A stretch of DNA of 63,836 nucleotides, the filler included, from Octopus bimaculoides (taxonomy: Eukaryota): NCBI RefSeq assembly GCF_001194135.2. It is 8 parts of 6 records of this genome, joined end to end, with 100 filler letters (N's around TTAATTAATTAA, not from the genome) between each part and the next. Parts side by side here need not be neighbours in the genome. Positions count along the whole stretch, not along the records: positions 11,741 to 32,189 come from NC_069002.1; positions 32,290 to 38,209 come from NC_069003.1; 6 more parts are not named here. The stretch is one strand, 5' to 3'. Numbering within the stretch: position 1 is the stretch's first letter; every line of letters starts with the position of its first letter. Below the pieces are notes generated by a model. The model was not told the DNA's origin. It ran no database searches and saw only the letters and a program-made list of their open reading frames with translations. Below are positions 25,180 through 36,829 of this stretch, one piece after another. Made by a program: the position numbers and the translations under genes.

Positions 25180-26139
25180 TCTCTTTAAACTCCCTATGGA
25201 ATTTTACCCCTTTCTGCCTCAAGCAGGATTTTTTTTCTTCAGAACTGCAGTGAAAAGCGTTTTTAGATTCAAATATCTTTCAAATATATTTGAAATCTTG
25301 AAAAGTTTATTTAGATAATTCAGTTAAACCACATGACCTAGAGAGGCTGTAGAGACGCAGTCCTCTTTGGCCAGCTTTCCTGTCATAAGCCACTCTAAAC
25401 TTTTCTACTACATTTTTCCTTCACTATTTATTAATGTTTCTGAAATTGTCCACAAGATCCAAAATGAAAGACGCTACTTGTATATCGGGAATAGTACAAA
25501 AAAGGATAAAACCAGTAAATGAAAAAGAAAAACTTGGTTTTATTGACAAGGAAATGTGAGTGATGAAAGGAAAAGTGACGCACGTACTGGATTGATTAAA
25601 GTGGAAGTAGCATGGAGATGTTCCTCATTGGAAGACGAAACCGAACCTTATAGCACACATGAGTTAGTAACGTATCAGTCAGAAAGAGTCGTATCAAAAG
25701 TGCATTGTGATGGTATGATCTACCAAGAAGATTCCGTCCCCAAAGAGGATAGATGCAAGAAGTTCATAGGTGAATAGCTTAGCAAGGAAACTCGTCTGCT
25801 GTCATTGGTGACTGATCACTTGTAAATGATATGTGAAAGCACGTTTCCTGTAGTTCTAGTTCTGCAGGAGCTGTGTTGATAGTTACTGGAAAAGGAAGAG
25901 TTATTTGAGGTACTGAAAAAAATAACTACAGGCGATTGATTCCATTTTATTTAAGGTATTGGAAATGACCGATAGATCGATAATTAGTTGCCTTATTAGG
26001 GTTTCTTTCTTTAGAAAGAGATAAACTATATCATGTTTTGAAGATCTAAGCAGATCCTTGTAGAATGAGGAAAGATAGAAGAATTTGGCGAGGACGGGGT
26101 TAGAACCGTGTGGCCATATTTGAACAAAATATTTTCTAA

Positions 26140-26330
26140 TATAGGCACAAGAACTGAGATTTGAAGCACGAGACTAGTCGATTATACCGAAACCAATATT
26201 TAACTGGTACTATATTTTATCTAATCCAGAAAGCTGAAAGGAAAAGTTGCTTTTGGTAGGATTTGAACTCAGAAGTCAAGAGCCGGTAGAAAGTATTCGA
26301 CCCTCTAAAGATCCTGCCAATGCACCACTC
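26140..26330 (-). mobile_element. SINE family B (diverged)
   Basis: Reverse-complement homology (gatttgaactcagaa). Confidence 0.65.
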
Positions 26331-27111
26331 TAATCATTTGAAAATAATGAAAAGGATACTGTCAAGTGTGATTGCTTTATTGGTTAGAATTAACTGGAGA
26401 AGTTTGCGTGTAACAGAGAAAGCTTTTTGGGAGGAGTCTTGTTGTGCATGTGTATTTGTGTAGTATGGAGTCGAAAGTAAAGCGAGAAGAAAACGTGGAA
26501 GCTTTCTCCACAGGAGTTCTACTTACAGAACCATCTTGATTTAGGTATGATGGAGAAGAGAATACCACAAAGTTAGTGAAAATCTTCTTGGCAAGGAACC
26601 AAAAAGGATCAGCTGCAAAATGGGATGCCAAATCGTTTTCATGGTGAGCGATTCACAAAGATAATTTTTGCTTTCACAACGATAGTAAGCATAAGCAACC
26701 TAGTTTCTAGAGATAGCAAGTTTGGTGACGAAAATAAAATAAAACGAAATGAAAATTTCATAATAAATTGAATAAAGCTTACTTTATTTTATTGACATGA
26801 AAGAATGGGAAAATGTGTCCTGTATTTGCCGATAAGTTAATTTGTCTGTTATAATTGAGGGCGACAAGTTAATACTATTGTCAGTAATAGAAATATATGA
26901 AATGAAATAGAATTCTCTTAAAATAGATATTGATACAGCATCTTACTATGTGACATCTATTTATCTATCTACCAATCTAACGATTGATCTGTGAGTCGAT
27001 TTTTCTATCAACCTACATATTTGTCTATATGTTTATATGTACATACACATATACCTATATCTGTGTGTGTGTGTGTAAATTGTATATATATGCGTGTATG
27101 GATATATGTAC

Positions 27112-27143
<32 letters not shown>

Positions 27144-28263
27144 NNNNNNNNNNNNNNNNNNNNNNNNNNNNNNNNNNNNNNNNNNNNNNNNNNNNNNNNN
27201 NNNNNNNNNNNNNNNNNNNNNNNNNNNNNNNNNNNNNNNNNNNNNNNNNNNNNNNNNNNNNNNNNNNNNNNNNNNNNNNNNNNNNNNNNNNNNNNNNNNN
27301 NNNNNNNNNNNNNNNNNNNNNNNNNNNNNNNNNNNNNNNNNNNNNNNNNNNNNNNNNNNNNNNNNNNNNNNNNNNNNNNNNNNNNNNNNNNNNNNNNNNN
27401 NNNNNNNNNNNNNNNNNNNNNNNNNNNNNNNNNNNNNNNNNNNNNNNNNNNNNNNNNNNNNNNNNNNNNNNNNNNNNNNNNNNNNNNNNNNNNNNNNNNN
27501 NNNNNNNNNNNNNNNNNNNNNNNNNNNNNNNNNNNNNNNNNNNNNNNNNNNNNNNNNNNNNNNNNNNNNNNNNNNNNNNNNNNNNNGAATATTATCTGCA
27601 TGGATTTCAAGGGTTAGGTTGCTATTTAGTTAGATAAGTTAGTTATAGGTTTACTTATTGAATTTATTTTTCTGACACTGTTTTTGTACATGGGATAACG
27701 TGGTTTCTTTCTTGTAGTTTAATTAATAATGTTAGCGTTTAATCCTTCCTAGAATTAGGATTGAATGAATGTGGTGATATCTCTGTTATGTTTGTTCACA
27801 AGCAACACTTATTTTAGTGCTGTTGACACCGCCGGATTGAATGGTACTGCTCAGGTGTCGAAACCATAGTGATATCCGTGAAGTAGCTGATGATGGAAGT
27901 GTGTTGGATTATTGGTATGGCTGTTATTGTATGTGCAGAATAGTTTTATAAGACATCCATAAATACATGTATACACACAAATATAGATATAGACGTTTTA
28001 ACTAAGATTAAGGTATAGTTACGTTTCAAATTCTACAATCATGATACATATATGTGTGTGTGTGTGTGCGCACGCACGTTCACTTGTGTATGTAGGTACA
28101 TGTGTGTGTATCTATGTAAGTGCTTGTGTGTGCGTCATTATAATTAGAAAGTGTGAGTTGGTACTTTTGACTGTGAATATTTGTGTTACATGTACGTTTT
28201 CTTGAGTTGGAATGCGTACCCATCTATTTATCTACCTTCCAAATATCTACCAATCTACCCTCA

Positions 28264-28324
<61 letters not shown>

Positions 28325-29479
28325 NNNNNNNNNNNNNNNNNNNNNNNNNNNNNNNNNNNNNNNNNNNNNNNNNNNNNNNNNNNNNNNNNNNNNNNNNNNN
28401 NNNNNNNNNNNNNNNNNNNNNNNNNNNNNNNNNNNNNNNNNNNNNNNNNNNNNNNNNNNNNNNNNNNNNNNNNNNNNNNNNNNNNNNNNNNNNNNNNNNN
28501 NNNNNNNNNNNNNNNNNNNNNNNNNNNNNNNNNNNNNNNNNNNNNNNNNNNNNNNNNNNNNNNNNNNNNNNNNNNNNNNNNNNNNNNNNNNNNNNNNNNN
28601 NNNNNNNNNNNNNNNNNNNNNNNNNNNNNNNNNNNNNNNNNNNNNNNNNNNNNNNNNNNNNNNNNNNNNNNNNNNNNNNNNNNNNNNNNNNNNNNNNNNN
28701 NNNNNNNNNNNNNNNNNNNNNNNNNNNNNNNNNNNNNNNNNNNNNNNNNNNNNNNNNNNNNNNNNNNNNNNNNNNNNNNNNNNNNNNNNNNNNNNNNNNN
28801 NNNNNNNNNNNNNNNNNNNNNNNNNNNNNNNNNNNNNNNNNNNNNNNNNNNNNNNNNNNNNNNNNNNNNNNNNNNNNNNNNNNNNNNNNNNNNNNNNNAA
28901 AATAATAAACAATCAGACACAATATAATTTAAAAGTTGAAGGAAATATCTTTGATCTGAAGTCAATAAGGGTTTATTTCAGACTAAGAACAAAATGGCCA
29001 TTGCTACTACTAGAAATAATCCAACGTTATAATCACCTTCATCACTAATATAAAACCTACTATAACGTCACTAATTTTTGATTAATCAATTGAGACCGGC
29101 AATAAAATTATTTGCATGGTAGTAATGTCTGTAACTACTTATGTTGTACGTCAACATAATGGCGTATATATATACGTGTGTGTGTGAGAGATAGAGATAG
29201 AGAGAGAGTGGGGGGGTGTATGTGTGTGTGAGTACATTGTGAAGATATTATGGCTCCAATCAGAGATACAAGAGGAAAAGTACCTATGAACCTAGTAACC
29301 TTTCAACTAACTGCAATCGTATAGTACTTGCTCCCACTTCATCCCTCCACCTTTTAATCTTATTTCTATCCATAGGAATGAGAAAGATTCTTTTCTTTCA
29401 CGAAATAAGTTCTTTCCTGTTGCTATTTTTTACTTCATATTTGCACGGATAATTGCTGATCACCACCACTGTTGGATTT

Positions 29480-30795
29480 ACCGAAAATTCAAAATATCTG
29501 AGAAAAGGCTGTCAAGTGGAACTGGATGCAGTAGTGCGGAAAGGAATTGTAAAAGTATTACACTAGATATTAAACTTGATATTTTAAAAACGCTTGATGC
29601 AGAAGAAAATAATCAGCTGCGTTACCAAACCATTAAAGCTTGCAAAGTCTATAGTGGAAACAATACGTGACAAGAGAGAAAAAAATTAAGTCAAGTGTTC
29701 AAGAAGTTAATCCGTCAACTGTTCCGACCTAACTTTCTCATAGATCTAACGGTATGCTTTAAAATGGAACGGCTCTTGAGTGAATGGATCGCGAATCAGA
29801 ATTCAAGTAATGTGCCAGTAATCACAGTGGTAATAAAAAAATACAAGTTTATAAGATGTTTTACCAAAATAGGAAGATGAAATTTCCGCTGAAAGACATT
29901 TTCTTTGTAGTTACTGCTGGTTTCAAAGGCTTAAGAAATGCCTGAATTCGCATAATATAAAAATGGCTGGCGAAGCTGCTACTGCAGGCACAGAGGCTGC
30001 TACAAATATTGCTAAAGCGAAATACTATTTTGAGGGAATTAGACTTTTCTGGAACATCATGCCTACTGAAGCTTTTATTTCTCGAAAATGAAAATCAGCA
30101 GCAGGATTTAAAGCTTCCAAAAGTCGTCTGATGCTTCTTTGAGGAAGAAATGCTTCTGGTAATATGAAATTAATGCTCCTACTCGTCTACTCGTATAATT
30201 GCTAAAATTCAAGCGCTTTCAGTAATTGCTCAAACTTTAATTTACGTCTGATTTAGTGTTCAAAGGTTTGGACGACCAAGAGCCTTTTCGAAGAGTGGTT
30301 TGCTAACATCTGTCCTACTGTAGAGAAGTACAATATTGAATAATGTTTCCAACAAACAATAGTTCCTTTTAGACGATGCACCAAGACACTCAGTGAACTT
30401 AAATAAGCTTTATCTGAGAGAAGGATATATTTCCAAGAATATAACTTCTTACAACTTGATCACTGGATCAAGATGTGTTAGGTAACTTTAACATATATTA
30501 TCTGAGAAAACATTAAATTTATGTAAGTAATTGACAGAGAGGATAAACCAATGGTTTGAAAAATCTGGAAGAGGTCCAACATAACGCTGTGGATAACACA
30601 ACTTCGAATGATACTTGGGAAAATACATGGCCGGATTGTATCCAAGACTGTAAAGGTTTCTCACAATCAGGAAGTTGACACTTGCAAATAAGAAGCTTTG
30701 AAGAAGTCATAGATGATGATGTGATTCAGTTATTAGTTTCCCGTAAAGAAAGTTTATCCATAGAAGTGCTGAAGCCGTTGGAACAGGAGTAAGTT
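29480..30795 (+). pseudogene. Tigger/pogo-family (CENP-B-like DDE) transposase fossil
   Basis: Frameshifted motifs in collinear order: KSITLDIKLDILKTLD, LAKSIVETIRDK, KMERLLSEWIANQN, WFQRLKK..HNIKMAGEAA, LFWNIMP, FLLDDAPRHS, EEVIDDDVIQLL. Confidence 0.85.
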
Positions 30796-30921
30796 GAGAA
30801 TATAGATAAGAATATGGAAATCCCAACTTATTCCACGTGGATTGACTTTAGGGAATATTGATAAGGGTTTGGTACTTATAGAGGTAATTCTATAAGCTTT
30901 TGTTGATAACAAACATAATTG

Positions 30922-31288
30922 TGAGGAGTGGCTGTGTGGTAAGTAGCTTGCTTGCCAACCACATGGTTCTGGGTTCAGTCCCACTGCGTGGCACCTTGGG
31001 CAAGTGTCTTCTACTATAGCCTCGGGTAGACCAAAGCCTTGTGAGTGGATTTGGTAGATGGAAACTGAAAGAAGCCCGTCGTATATATGTATATATATAT
31101 ATATANNNNNNNNNNNNNNNNNNNNNNNNNNNNNNNNNNNNNNNNNNNNNNNNNNNNNNNNNNNNNNNNNNNNNNNNNNNNNNNNNNNNNNNNNNNNNNN
31201 NNNNNNNNNNNNNNNNNNNNNNNNNNAGACCAAAGCCTTGTGAGTGGATTTGGTAGATGGAAACTGAAAGAAGCCCGTCGTATATATG

Positions 31289-31342
<54 letters not shown>

Positions 31343-31545
31343 TCCCCCCAACATCGCTTGACAACCGATGCTGGTGTGTTTACGTCCTCGTAACTTAGCG
31401 GTTCGGCAAAAGACACTGATAGAATAAGTACTAGGCTTCCAAAGAATAAGTCCTGGGTTCGATTTGCTCAACTAAAGGCGGTGCTCCAGCATGGCCGCAG
31501 TCAAATTACTGAAACAAGTAAAAGAGTAAAAGAGAGTAAAGAGTA
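30922..31545 (+). mobile_element. tRNA-derived SINE family A, near full length, with a central microsatellite
   Basis: gtggctgtgtggtaag..ggttcagtcccactgcgtggcacc head and gcttgacaaccgatgctggtgtgtttacg..gactgaaacaagtaaaagag tail; multiple copies in the window. Confidence 0.9.
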
Positions 31546-31991
31546 ACCTATAAAAAATTACAAAAGGTGCTCTGTTCATACACTGAGATGTACAAAGAGA
31601 TGATGCGCCATAAACATCTAACAATTTTGGTTTAGGTCTTCGTCCCTCAAATAGATGCTAATAGTGATGAATTATAGCATACATGATGGTCTCCTTCATC
31701 CTCACAATAACTCACATTCCACTCTTAACCTTTATACAGTAGTCAACATTCTTGTGGGGTAAGAACCTTCCTTATTACGACATTACGATTTTAATTTATT
31801 CTTCGATGTATTTCTCCTTAAATGCAATTAGATATACATATTGGAATGTGTATGTTTGGAAATTGTAATTTTCATAGATAAAAGTGGTCAGTTATTTGTT
31901 GATTCGTAGTTTTTGAAGGATGATCATAGATACATAAACAGACAGACAGACAGACAGACAGACCGACAGACAGACAGACAGACAGACTGAC

Positions 31992-32032
<41 letters not shown>

Positions 32033-32290
32033 CTAATGTAAACTAGATAACTACATAAATGTGTATAATACATGCCTTCACACACATATAGATACATACA
32101 CATAGACATACATACATACATACATACATACATACATGCATACATACATGCATACATATACATAAAAACAAATGCATATATACTTAAATNNNNNNNNNNN
32201 NNNNNNNNNNNNNNNNNNNNNNNNNNNNNNNNNTTAATTAATTAANNNNNNNNNNNNNNNNNNNNNNNNNNNNNNNNNNNNNNNNNNNNG

Positions 32291-32485
32291 TTTGAATGTG
32301 GTGTGTGCCAGAGGGTTTTCAAATCCAATGGGGGTCTTAAAAGACATGTTAGGATCCACAATGAGCAGAACTTACTTGCAGGTATTGGTAGTGCAAATCA
32401 GAGGTGCAATCTGTGTGGGTGTTTTTTCAAAACACTGTCTGGTTTAAAAAGCCACATCAGATGCCATGAAAGGGCTAAGGTGTAG
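32291..32485 (+). CDS. C-terminal fragment with two C2H2 zinc fingers (probably a LINE ORF2 tail; a host ZNF exon is not excluded)
   Basis: FECGVCQRVFKSNGGLKRHVRIH-15 aa-CNLCGCFFKTLSGLKSHIRCHERAKV*. No TGEKP linker; the 5' end is lost in a gap. Confidence 0.65.
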   Translation, partial: FECGVCQRVFKSNGGLKRHVRIHNEQNLLAGIGSANQRCNLCGCFFKTLSGLKSHIRCHERAKV

Positions 32486-32717
32486 GTGCAAGAGGTGGTC
32501 AAACTCTGTTTAAGGAGTAGACAACCACCATATATATATATATATATATATATAATACAATAATAATTATATAATAATATATCATAATAATATCTACTCC
32601 GATTTAAAGCGACTTCCATTCTTCCAAGTCAGCTAACTTTTTCTCGACGTCTTTAATCTTTTCGCTCTTCAACACTGTTGACTTTTCACAAAAAACTAAG
32701 ACATAAAAACGTCGTCA

Positions 32718-32905
32718 AATTTAGCCCGAACACCCTGTGCGTGTGTGTTCCTGTACGTGTGTATGTGTGTGTGTTCCTGTACGTGTGTATGTGTGTGTGT
32801 TCCTGTACGTGTGTATGTGTGTGTGTTCCTGTACGTGTGTATGTGTGTGTGTTCTTGTACGTGTGTATGTGTGTGTGTTCCTGTACGTGTGTATGTGTGT
32901 GTGTA
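32718..32905 (+). repeat. 26-bp minisatellite (TTCCTGTACGTGTGTATGTGTGTGTG)n
   Basis: Direct reading, about 6 copies. Confidence 0.95.
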
Positions 32906-32919
32906 TTGTTATATTTCGG

Positions 32920-33963
32920 GATGGTAATTTCTTTGACAAATAAACACATGCACAGTGTATTCGTTCTTCACTCGTTTATTATTGTTCTTATTTTATCTTA
33001 TGTCCATTGTCTGGAAATCCTTCACCATATGTGACCTCTTCAGCACCCCTTTCTATCCCTCTGCTCCGCTTAGTCCATTCTGTCCTATGATGTGTATCCA
33101 TATCTGCATATGCATTTGCGTCTGTATTTGTGTGTGTGTGTGTGTGATAGTGCGTGTGTGTGTGCGTGCGTGTGTCTATATATTTTGCCTGTGTGCTTGT
33201 ATGTGTATATATGGCCTCACTTACTACAGTCCTTGTATCCGTGCTCTTTATATGGTTGTTTTTACCGTTATTGTCGTTGTTCTTAGTGGTACCAATACTT
33301 GGTATTTTGACCCTCCCCTCGCCTACATTTTCTCTGCTGCTGCTGCTGCTCTTGATCTTTCTTTTGATGTTCTTATATCTTCTGTATTTGTGTGTTCGTT
33401 CATGTTGCTGCCATTGTGGTTGTTGTTGTTGTTACAATTGTTGTTGTTGTTGCTGCAGCCGTGCCCTTTATGCAGTTGTACTTACAGTATGTATGTATAT
33501 GGGTTTTCTTACTATATCGTTTGCTTCTGTGTCTTTTATATAGTTTCTATTTACTTATTTATCTCTATTTCTTGTATTTCATCCTAAGCATGTGCATGTT
33601 TGTCTTTTGTGTGTGTGTGTATTACATTGTTTGTATGTGTGTCTTTTTTCTTCCCACTGTTGCGTGGGTTGGCGGTGGGAGTATTACTGTTCCATTCATG
33701 TTTTCTGTTGAGGATCGGTCTGTCTGTTATTATTTGCGTGGCCTCTGTAATCTAAGTGCCGCTTCTGTTCTATGCGTTGATAATACTTTAACCTCTATAT
33801 TATTTATCGAACTCTATGTTCTACTTGAGCATGTCCGTAGAGCACTGACGAGCTTTCCTTCTATTTGAGCCCTTGCCTGTCCACGCCTATGCTACGGGCC
33901 GGGCCGTCTCCCCAATGTAAGTTGCTGTGTTGTTTCTGCACCGTCCCGTAGTACACCGTAAGC
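32920..33963 (-). mobile_element. Penelope-like 3' end (GIY-YIG C-terminal half plus pLTR with a deleted HHR core at about 33011-33045)
   Basis: LRCTTGRCRNNTATYIGETARPVA; the pLTR is homologous to 8280-9840 and 34200-34720. Confidence 0.8.
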
Positions 33964-34182
33964 ATGTTCGTTGAAGCCACTGCTGTTGCGAACTAGCATA
34001 CCTTTCTAGAAAAGCATTAGATGACATAAATTTACAGATTAAAGCAGTAGAACGGCCAGGCATCCCCATAAAATCTGTGATGCGTAGAACTTATCCTTTC
34101 GATAAGTCCCCATGTACGGAGAACAATTGTATAGTATGTAGGGTAAACACACAGGTTAGCTGTAAGATTAGGAATGTAGTCT
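33962..34182 (+). mobile_element. Inverted fragment of the same Penelope ORF (linker preceding GIY-YIG)
   Basis: MFVEAT..ELAYLSRKALDDINLQIKAVERPGIPIKSVMRRTYPFDKSPCTENNCIVCRVNTQVSCKIRNVV, homologous to the 56651-57235 ORF. Confidence 0.85.
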
Positions 34183-34199
34183 CTAAGACGAGGAATGTA

Positions 34200-34427
34200 G
34201 TCAACAACACACAGACAGAAAGATACAAGAACAATATCAAAATAAGAGTCAAAAGTAGCAACAGCAACAGTAAAGAAAATGTTGGTAAAGGGCGGATCAA
34301 CATACCAAGTATAAGTACAACTATATAAAGGGCACGGATACAAACTGTGTAGCGGGCAAGCCCATATACATATACGTAAGCACAAAAGCAAAGCATATAG
34401 ACACACGTGAGCAACGCACGGGCGCGT

Positions 34428-34520
<93 letters not shown>

Positions 34521-34720
34521 TACAGATGCAAAACACGTGTGCAGATAAGGATACACATCGTAGAAGGGCAGAATGGACTAGGCGGAGCAGGAGGATGGGA
34601 CGCTGAAGAAGTCACAGATGTATGACGAAAGATTTCCAGACAATGGACATAAGATAAAATAAAAACAATAATAAACGAGTGAAGAACGAATATATAGTGC
34701 ATGTTTTTACATTAGGAATC
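34200..34720 (+). repeat. pLTR copy with (CA)n and a hammerhead-like core at 34596-34639
   Basis: CTGAAGA-a-gtca-cagatgta-tgac-GAAA; flanks match 9720-9810 and 32940-33010 (reverse complement). Confidence 0.75.
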
Positions 34721-34741
34721 TTGCAAAACAAATTAATAAAC

Positions 34742-34776
<35 letters not shown>

Positions 34777-34777
<1 letters not shown>

Positions 34778-35075
34778 CGTGTTTCGTTTGTTGCTTAGAT
34801 ACACATTAATGCAATAAAATTGCATTATGAATTTGAAAAAGTAAAAATCTTCGTCAGGGCTAACATACTTAACAGTAAAGAATTTGCACCTCTAAACGGG
34901 TGAACTGTGACTATCCCCTGTCCAGTGGAGTTCAAAAATCAACCTCTAACTATGACTTTACCTTCGTAACAGTCTATTTTAGCCCTGACTAAGATTTTTG
35001 GGTTTTCAAATTCATAATACAATTTAATTTCATTAATATGAATCTAAGCAAGAAACCAAAACACGTATAGGCAAC
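34777..35075. repeat. Inverted repeat (arms about 34777-34880 and 34957-35066) with hammerhead-like cores facing outward
   Basis: (-) atgttagcc-CTGACGA...GAAACacgt; (+) agcc-CTGACtA...aAAAC-acgt-aTA-ggcaacat. Confidence 0.85.
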
Positions 35076-35971
35076 ATGGTTTGACTATGATAATAAATAA
35101 TATTGATTATTCTATGAATCCATTCTCCATTACCTTTGTATTGTTAAAAATTTTTCTCCGATATCAAAAAGACGATAACATCTATAGCGACAATATCAAA
35201 GAAGAACCACCGATAAACACTAGTACACGAGCAAAAGTGGAATTTCCAGTTCTTTTATTTGATGTAGAGCTAATCCAAAGTATGCTTGGATAAATATCCC
35301 TGTCTCATGGCTGGCCATGAGACAGATTTTTCTGCAAAATATGGATAGTTTATCCTGTTCATGCTATATTATTAGCATTATCTTGCGTTTGAGAATAAAA
35401 TTATTTCCTTATCCGTATCTTTCAATATATCTCAACGCTTCTAAAGCAAACTTTGTTGACTTTCAACGTAAGTTTAATTCAACATATATATATATATATA
35501 TANNNNNNNNNNNNNNNNNNNNNNNNNNNNNNNNNNNNNNNNNNNNNNNNNNNNNNNNNNNNNNNNNNNNNNNNNNNNNNNNNNNNNNNNNNNNNNNNNN
35601 NNNNNNNNNNNNNNNNNNNNNNNNNNNNNNNNNNNNNNNNNNNNNNNNNNNNNNNNNNNNNNNNNNNNNNNNNNNNNNNNNNNNNNNNNNNNNNNNNNNN
35701 NNNNNNNNNNNNNNNNNNNNNNNNNNNNNNNNNNNNNNNNNNNNNNNNNNNNNNNNNNTATATATATATATATATATATATTAATGTACAAAGTATGGGG
35801 GTTTAGTTCACAGGTGATCTAAACGATTTACTAGGGCTCCAAGATGGTAGTTATAGGGCCATTACAGATTTCCGATGCAACAGATATATAAGTGTTAAAG
35901 AGGACAACAAACATTAAGGCAAGGCAAACATCTCAAGTCGTATACAATATTATTATTCGAAAAAATTGATA

Positions 35972-36027
35972 GTCTTACAGCTGTTTCTGGGATATCTTCG
36001 AGTATGGGATATTCCGTAATCAGAGAC
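35972..36027 (-). ncRNA. Type-I hammerhead motif with mutated G8
   Basis: gtct-CTGATtA-c-ggaatatc...gatatccc-a-GAAAC-agct-GTA-agac. Confidence 0.6.
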
Positions 36028-36829
36028 AAATAGGGACAAAATAGGGAAAACTAGAATGGTATATATTAATGAGATGATGATATAGAGGAAGGGAGTAAAA
36101 GAATAAGGAGAGAGAAAGAACGAAGAAAAAAGAAGCATAAAATTTCATCGTTCAACTTTCCGAAGTTATAGAAATAAGAGCATGAGTCCTTAGGTGCAAT
36201 CCCGCGCAGATGTATGAGCGTAAGTCCTTAGGTGCAATCCTGCGTAGATCCATGAGAGTTAAAATAGTAGACATCCCGAGAAAAAAGACATCAACTTATC
36301 AACGTTCAGAATGGTAGCGAAGTTGGCTATTAAGTGGTAAAAGGAAAGAAAAGAAAATGAAGAGAAAAAGAGGTAGAAAGAGCAAGTGGGGAATTTTAAG
36401 GATTGGGTACATAGGCGCGCACACACGCACACATATATTGACAAACATGCGCGTGCATGCACATACATACACGTGCATATACACATGCATACACATGTAC
36501 GCACGCACACACACACACACGCACTTCCGTATTCATTTATATGTGCTATGTATATACGCATGCATATCAGTGTGCGCTCATGCATGAGTATACTTACGCA
36601 TAATAAGCGTTGGGGATTGGTAAGTGTTGGGAGTTGGTAAGCATTGGGGATAGGTAATTGGTGGTCCTGCTCATGGAGTTGGTTGGTGGACGTAACCTTG
36701 GTGCAGGCTATGCAGAGTAGCAGCTGGTAGTAAGGTGGTACATCCGGGTTTTCGGCTGTCAGAGGCCTGAAATTTGTCAGAAGAGCATCACTCTGGTGAC
36801 AGCAATAAGATAAATCTTTCTGATCTTAT

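Noticed and set aside
30922-31000. tRNA gene-like A/B boxes (also in other SINE heads)
   Set aside because: No cloverleaf; the sequence continues into SINE body, so these are tRNA-derived SINE heads.
33826-33870. ctgacga-gct...agc hammerhead-like start
   Set aside because: No GAAA follows, and it is simply the antisense of GIY-YIG coding sequence.
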